Virus record (IMG/VR): IMGVR_UViG_3300033076_001041
Location: 1-31,723 of that record
DNA: 31,723 nt
Reading direction: 5' to 3' (one strand)
Source: a virus
Taxonomy: Duplodnaviria > Caudoviricetes
The notes under the pieces were generated by a model. That model saw only the letters and a list, made by a program, of their open reading frames with translations. It was not told where the DNA came from and searched no databases. Each line of letters begins with the position of its first letter. Position 1 is the stretch's first letter. Positions 29,701 to 31,723 of the stretch are shown here, piece by piece. Position numbers and translations under genes: made by a program.

Positions 29701-30222
29701 ACAATTATTAAAACAAAAACTAATCTTATTGAAATTAGGACACTACTTACCGGTTTGGCATCCACAAGGTCAATAAACGTGGTGAAAGATAGTATTGTTC
29801 AAACAAGTAACAATAACTACTACCAAATTTTAACTAATAAGACATACGGAGCCAATTTAAATACTCAAATAACTAGTCAATCTTGTGCATCTATAAATGG
29901 AATACAAGTACCAATAGCATCGTTTAACAGTTTCAGTACAAGTACCGACTTTGTTAATTCATATTTTTCTGCAATGAAACCTATGATTGATGAATTGGTT
30001 AAAATTAACCCTAATACCGAGATATCAAAATCGTATGGAGAGGCGTTAACTCAGTTAGTTTATACGACTTGGGACACAACAAAAGGGTATGGTGAAAACG
30101 TTACGATACAACAAATAAAAGATATTACATTAAAAGATAAGACTGACGGAGTTTTTACCGTATACGATTCGTATGTTAGTATATTTAAAACATATTACGA
30201 ATATTATTTGGCAAATCCGTAA
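23770..30222 (+). CDS. Giant baseplate hub protein (gp27 / GpD / VgrG-like) with large insertions
   Basis: N-terminal barrel GIKSIDV......P.VKIEMVD..G...F...L.LKGYYG; C-terminal SMGNVMIQPTMYF.L..VP.F.GPY.I.EVTHSV....FTTKFTG.R is typical of hub last barrels; follows the LysM gene. Confidence 0.65.
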   Translation: MAGKQTKNVFIETQYDNIVLINPNQLADSDGKATSRLVDHEDMVYYANLETFIIPRTKLAIGENFDNSVLNTTIASLNTDPDLKINFLQPKGKKAFDTSWSDQLTGKDSRQGSSSNQKFENLTTINGKQTYVNTVKNYEDTQLLGIKSIDVTVKSTGVPSVKIEMVDVQGKMLFEQGENSIYSVFFNFPYPLFYLTLKGYYGKAIRYRLSLLSFNARFDADSGNFNISLELIGKFTALLFDTPLAYGRTAPKMFKTQAYLKPNAQSGNVTVVETTKGKIKLDEVYEIYKKKKLIPENFPHYSLDSFLTAISNYETKLLESVKKGDFNVLNDIQRFREVLNDLKETIYTNALKNYLDSAVYYVYGGKIYYPFKKDISLQDREKYKTLTEERIKYFVNELKNNNTFGENKSYKKSDGTTIPTEIDVWSKIRNSSIVIKPFPLDEWLESDIDLNNTRYYRTGQKLDLSTQEGQDKLKKFKEDELALKPGKVYDLITNEFIDDSTEMYFYGDKNLNDGTYVPNSFLNVIEDALKQLDVKEEQIDDDLSKILADRVVKGDGGLGFTPTIRNVFAILFAGVDAFYRLMEDTHQQAWDVRTNKTRLLSVIPPEKNFSVEGLDSIQTSTGELNDQNIVYPWPLYFDKQKQKDGRELYTIQYPGDPKIINKTKGWNTEVWPEVYFVEEYISGSLTKETITNSNIFNNPKSDTSLVSPNATFFPFTTLPYQDVDSVSVLYEMIERSIINSNFNRLNYDVAVKKQVDKLFADFEGQNVVSTISSSLELQNLLREYKFTLPTFINYLKKISNNGSGKSWLTYDQGLFNNQYIINALNEQKEVYSFDTISNRSININADSPLTKNLKSYLESTETSTNDILDTFPLNNLNWLKNNVSNGQSLNTLSDFYDTTKTFIYLDDKKTIARLDQTETTTNIGPFTNKYGFSNQQQLYITNANNNTKLNSRSTVKGFYDTRKLKDLYFTESYIDYGNSYSGNVGSNIQTTSMLNTPYFINALLKGVDGETNKEDNPYVSLGYLYLNSLPLITTKERLKTFTTEGAPTDLDFLASTFKKYSSIHQMPYAWVLKYGSIWHRYKKYTTTNVDILDDVWKDFDYVYNYDPITSASTKPYVIPNYTGGQQTVYLQYTQPLLMSTGSTLDIITTGFYPRLINNVYKFFNKKDLFTGYTQDAYFKAFNDYKFKFAKNNIASSNLVFGFDPQTPNRSLLKTNYYHYLDGQNSNTNSSSYLLFPSMGGINFDQSIYECTNNTNILTKELNNNKSVHNGAIRSLWGASHFGYFDNSLIKKPLPNEYLKVINVNTPEQNSFDLTNTQSTYSQIDEILSVFNTDLLDKFESEFLTFCNYQPTAESLSLKGEITQPSYSDTNKITNLKNRRLYNQIGSLFYIAKTGINLLNENTDGIELGSKQITSFLSSVSDFLKFDCVIKNSNPGNYDRRIFESFITNPTILNPISYSGEPYIKNTLPTSAQTISLLLSESQNKDAWNALKTYVGYSNEDKLKYTDSGSSITDFFVDMDIEFTETNVKTLYQLIKMYATLKAENVDFDKVEFKTQITNLVKSQESFKEKMLNQTFSYINKNTPEVKLESQSQIAKSAISSDATKLTTYNTLKAFNDKWVAGSDLKTRTLFEDFLFMDRANSDLGDTFVIDIQQVKTRIEANPNQNMMQLVSWILKDNYFMFFAMPAYINFYGIQQLTGDNTPKEDITIGNDLFGTHLNVDYLNSSPKFLCLYMGNPSEWPKPKENSFIRFGDDSFDLRISDNPLRVSDPNRDYGKNNKVVGFAVDFGIQNQNIFKNLDLDMSEKKNTAETFKIFAQLGDSVSGDKVAQESVSMYSTYKTRSYTCGVESMGNVMIQPTMYFALRHVPLFYGPYWINEVTHSVNQTDFTTKFTGIRTPKYSLPTIDNLVASVNKSILKNFKAKQNSVKPNEESEKEKTLEIDPEPVKIGYMSACTSTTAFPTIPFEDLRSDKLSVNEMATIIKTKTNLIEIRTLLTGLASTRSINVVKDSIVQTSNNNYYQILTNKTYGANLNTQITSQSCASINGIQVPIASFNSFSTSTDFVNSYFSAMKPMIDELVKINPNTEISKSYGEALTQLVYTTWDTTKGYGENVTIQQIKDITLKDKTDGVFTVYDSYVSIFKTYYEYYLANP

Positions 30223-30230
30223 TAACTATA

Positions 30231-30237
30231 TATTTAT
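30231..30237 (+). promoter_or_regulatory. TATTTAT motif upstream of the 74-aa and 231-aa genes
   Basis: Read directly, 15 nt before the ATG at 30253. Confidence 0.6.
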
Positions 30238-30252
30238 ATATAAAATAAAAAT

Positions 30253-30477
30253 ATGAACGTTAAAAATTTATTAGACGATTATCTTAGAAAAGATACTCGT
30301 GTTACTGAAAAACAAGTAGAGAACGGTTACAAAGAAGTATGTGATTTAGACACTGGGGATTGTTATACTATTAGAATGAAAGATGGTTTAATTGAAAGAG
30401 TTGATAACACAATGAAAACAAATAGAACACTTAGAGTTGAAACACCTACGGGAGTTAAAACATTATTAAACGGGTAA
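30253..30477 (+). CDS. Hypothetical 74-aa protein (C-x6-C)
   Basis: ORF with promoter motif and A-rich leader; EVCDLDTGDCY. Confidence 0.8.
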   Translation: MNVKNLLDDYLRKDTRVTEKQVENGYKEVCDLDTGDCYTIRMKDGLIERVDNTMKTNRTLRVETPTGVKTLLNG

Positions 30478-30492
30478 TAAAAAAATTAAAAA

Positions 30493-31188
30493 ATGAGTTT
30501 AGATAAAAAAATTATTGAAGAATTAAGAAGATTTAATCAAATCAATAAATATGTTTTAAATGAACAAGGTGTTCCACCACCTCCGGGTGAAGATCCAGCG
30601 GCAGCACCAGGTGCGGTTCCACCACCTCCGGGTGAAGATCCTGCTCTTGGAACAACCCCACCACCACCTCCGGGAGAAGAGCCGGCAGCGGGTGCAGAAC
30701 CTGCTGCAACTGAAGTACCTGAACCTGTTGATGTTGAAAACGATCCCGATGTTGAAGAAATAGGTAAAGAAGGTGAAGGAGAAGGTGACGATGAAGAAGT
30801 TGAAGAGATTGATATTACAGACCTTGTAACATCACAACAAGAGATGAAAGACAAACAAGATGAAATAATGGATAACTTGTTTGGGAAACTTGACGACCTA
30901 CAAAGTAAAATATCAACTATGGACGATATTATGGCTAAAATAGAAAGTTTAGAGAATAAATTTGATAGATATAGAGAAAAAACTCCTGAAGAAAAACTAA
31001 TGTTGCGTTCTTTAGATTCTTATCCGTATAATCAAAAATTGACCGATTTTTTTGATGATAAAAAAGAAGAGATGGAAGAGGCTGGTAAAAATGAATACGT
31101 ATTAACTTCTGATGAGGTAGAAAATTTTTCACCTAACGAGATTAAAAAAACCTTTAATAGATATTCAGGAGAAGATGAAAATATGTAA
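30493..31188 (+). CDS. Pro-rich, acidic, coiled-coil protein, possibly prohead core/scaffold-like
   Basis: N-terminal KIIEELRRF..INKYVLNEQ, PPPPGE repeats, acidic linker, heptad coiled coil. Function is inferred. Confidence 0.7.
   Translation: MSLDKKIIEELRRFNQINKYVLNEQGVPPPPGEDPAAAPGAVPPPPGEDPALGTTPPPPPGEEPAAGAEPAATEVPEPVDVENDPDVEEIGKEGEGEGDDEEVEEIDITDLVTSQQEMKDKQDEIMDNLFGKLDDLQSKISTMDDIMAKIESLENKFDRYREKTPEEKLMLRSLDSYPYNQKLTDFFDDKKEEMEEAGKNEYVLTSDEVENFSPNEIKKTFNRYSGEDENM
30571..30683 (+). repeat. Three PPPGE[DE]PA repeats
   Basis: gttccaccacctccgggtgaagatcc is identical at 30571-30596 and 30616-30641; a third, variant copy starts at 30661. Confidence 0.9.
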
Positions 31189-31210
31189 TTAAATAGGTTT
31201 TAATAATATT

Positions 31211-31241
31211 AAAAAAGGGTGTCTTGAGATACCCTTTTTTT
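31211..31241 (+). terminator. Intrinsic, probably bidirectional, terminator
   Basis: AAAAAAGGGTGTC-TTGA-GATACCCTTTTTTT. Confidence 0.88.
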
Positions 31242-31243
31242 AT

Positions 31244-31271
31244 TTGACATTTTAGAAAAATCACTTATAAT
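31244..31271 (+). promoter_or_regulatory. Consensus sigma70-type promoter TTGACA-N16-TATAAT for the SSB gene
   Basis: Perfect -35 (31244-31249) and -10 (31266-31271) hexamers directly after the terminator. Confidence 0.75.
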
Positions 31272-31310
31272 TGTTATAGATAAAAGAGTATAAATTAAAA
31301 ACAAAAATCT

Positions 31311-31723
31311 ATGGCAAATTCAATTGACGCAGTACTAGCACAGTACGAAAAGAACTCAACACCGAGTTCACAAAAACAAAACATTTCACAAGAAGACAGA
31401 TTGAAAAGATACTTTTCAGCAATTCTTCAAAAGAATGAAAAATCGGCACAAAGACGAATCCGTATCCTACCAACAAAAGATGGTTCATCACCATTTGTCG
31501 AAGTTTGGTACCACGAAATGCAAATTAACGGACAATGGGTTAAGTTGTATGATCCTGAAAAAAATGACAACGAACGTTCCCCACTTACAGAAGTTTATAA
31601 CGAACTTATCGCCACAGGGAAAAAAGAAGATAAAGATTTGGCATCTCAATACCGTTCACGTTTATTTTACATCGTAAAAGTTATTGATCGTGATAACGAA
31701 CAAGACGGAGTTAAGTTTTGGAG
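31311..31723 (+). CDS. Single-stranded DNA-binding protein (T4 gp32-like), truncated by the window end (not in ORF track)
   Basis: Manual translation MANSIDAVLAQYEK...RIRILPTKDGSSPFVEVWYHE...LASQYRSRLFYIVKVIDRDNEQDGVKFW; IR.LP, PF....H and V.DR.....GVK.W are gp32-like; no stop before the edge. Confidence 0.85.
   Translation, partial: MANSIDAVLAQYEKNSTPSSQKQNISQEDRLKRYFSAILQKNEKSAQRRIRILPTKDGSSPFVEVWYHEMQINGQWVKLYDPEKNDNERSPLTEVYNELIATGKKEDKDLASQYRSRLFYIVKVIDRDNEQDGVKFW

Noticed and set aside
9441-30222. Bacterial extracellular contractile injection system or tailocin
   Set aside because: Neck proteins, DNA polymerase, helicase and a gp32-like SSB flank the tail genes, which indicates a phage genome.
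80-31188. Stop-codon reassignment: no called gene ends in TAG
   Set aside because: ORFs are full length under the standard code, with no TAG-interrupted genes. TAA dominance is expected in AT-rich DNA, and TGA ends two genes.
553-31677. Many short ORFs in the track overlapping long genes (e.g. 553-747, 3375-3716, 12251-12610, 14793-15209, 16379-17047, 30537-30854, 31309-31494, 31435-31677)
   Set aside because: Antisense or alternate-frame shadows of well-supported genes, with no motifs or promoter signals. 12695-12877(-) and 31435-31677(+) are displaced by the better-supported 45-aa ORF and SSB frame.
1-31723. CRISPR arrays, tRNAs, rRNAs, transposases, diversity-generating retroelement repeats
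   Set aside because: None recognised. Intergenic gaps are short and accounted for, and the observed repeats are in-frame coding repeats or the single 11-bp tandem.

Overview
AT-rich, densely coding segment of a large tailed dsDNA phage (myovirus, probably a jumbo phage), covering replication genes and the neck/tail/baseplate module. In order: family B DNA polymerase; a minus-strand block (small beta-rich protein, T4 gp13-like neck protein, zincin-Mn-SOD fusion, SNF2-type helicase); then a plus-strand block (head-tail connector, tail terminator, sheath, HAD phosphatase, tube, tail/baseplate assembly chaperone, tape measure, 2039-aa baseplate protein, LysM/gp53-like wedge, 2150-aa hub, two probable head-assembly proteins). 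It ends in a gp32-like SSB cut by the window edge. Four coding regions are missing from the supplied ORF track: a ribbon-helix-helix regulator (9150-9299), a 45-aa ORF (12720-12857), a start-less +1-frame extension of the chaperone gene (to 15307) and the SSB. Main observations: (1) a probable programmed +1 (or -2) frameshift at GAC-TTT-TTT-CGT giving a lambda G/GT-like chaperone pair; (2) two promoter classes (TATTTAT, and TTGACA-like-N16-TATWWT) plus an RHH gene with a tandem operator-like repeat opposite the sheath gene; (3) an OmpA-like domain inserted into a split tube-initiator fold; (4) a metalloprotease-SOD fusion with possible prohead-protease sites. Absence of Shine-Dalgarno sequences hints at a Bacteroidota host (inference). 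All family assignments are motif recognition by eye; no searches were run.
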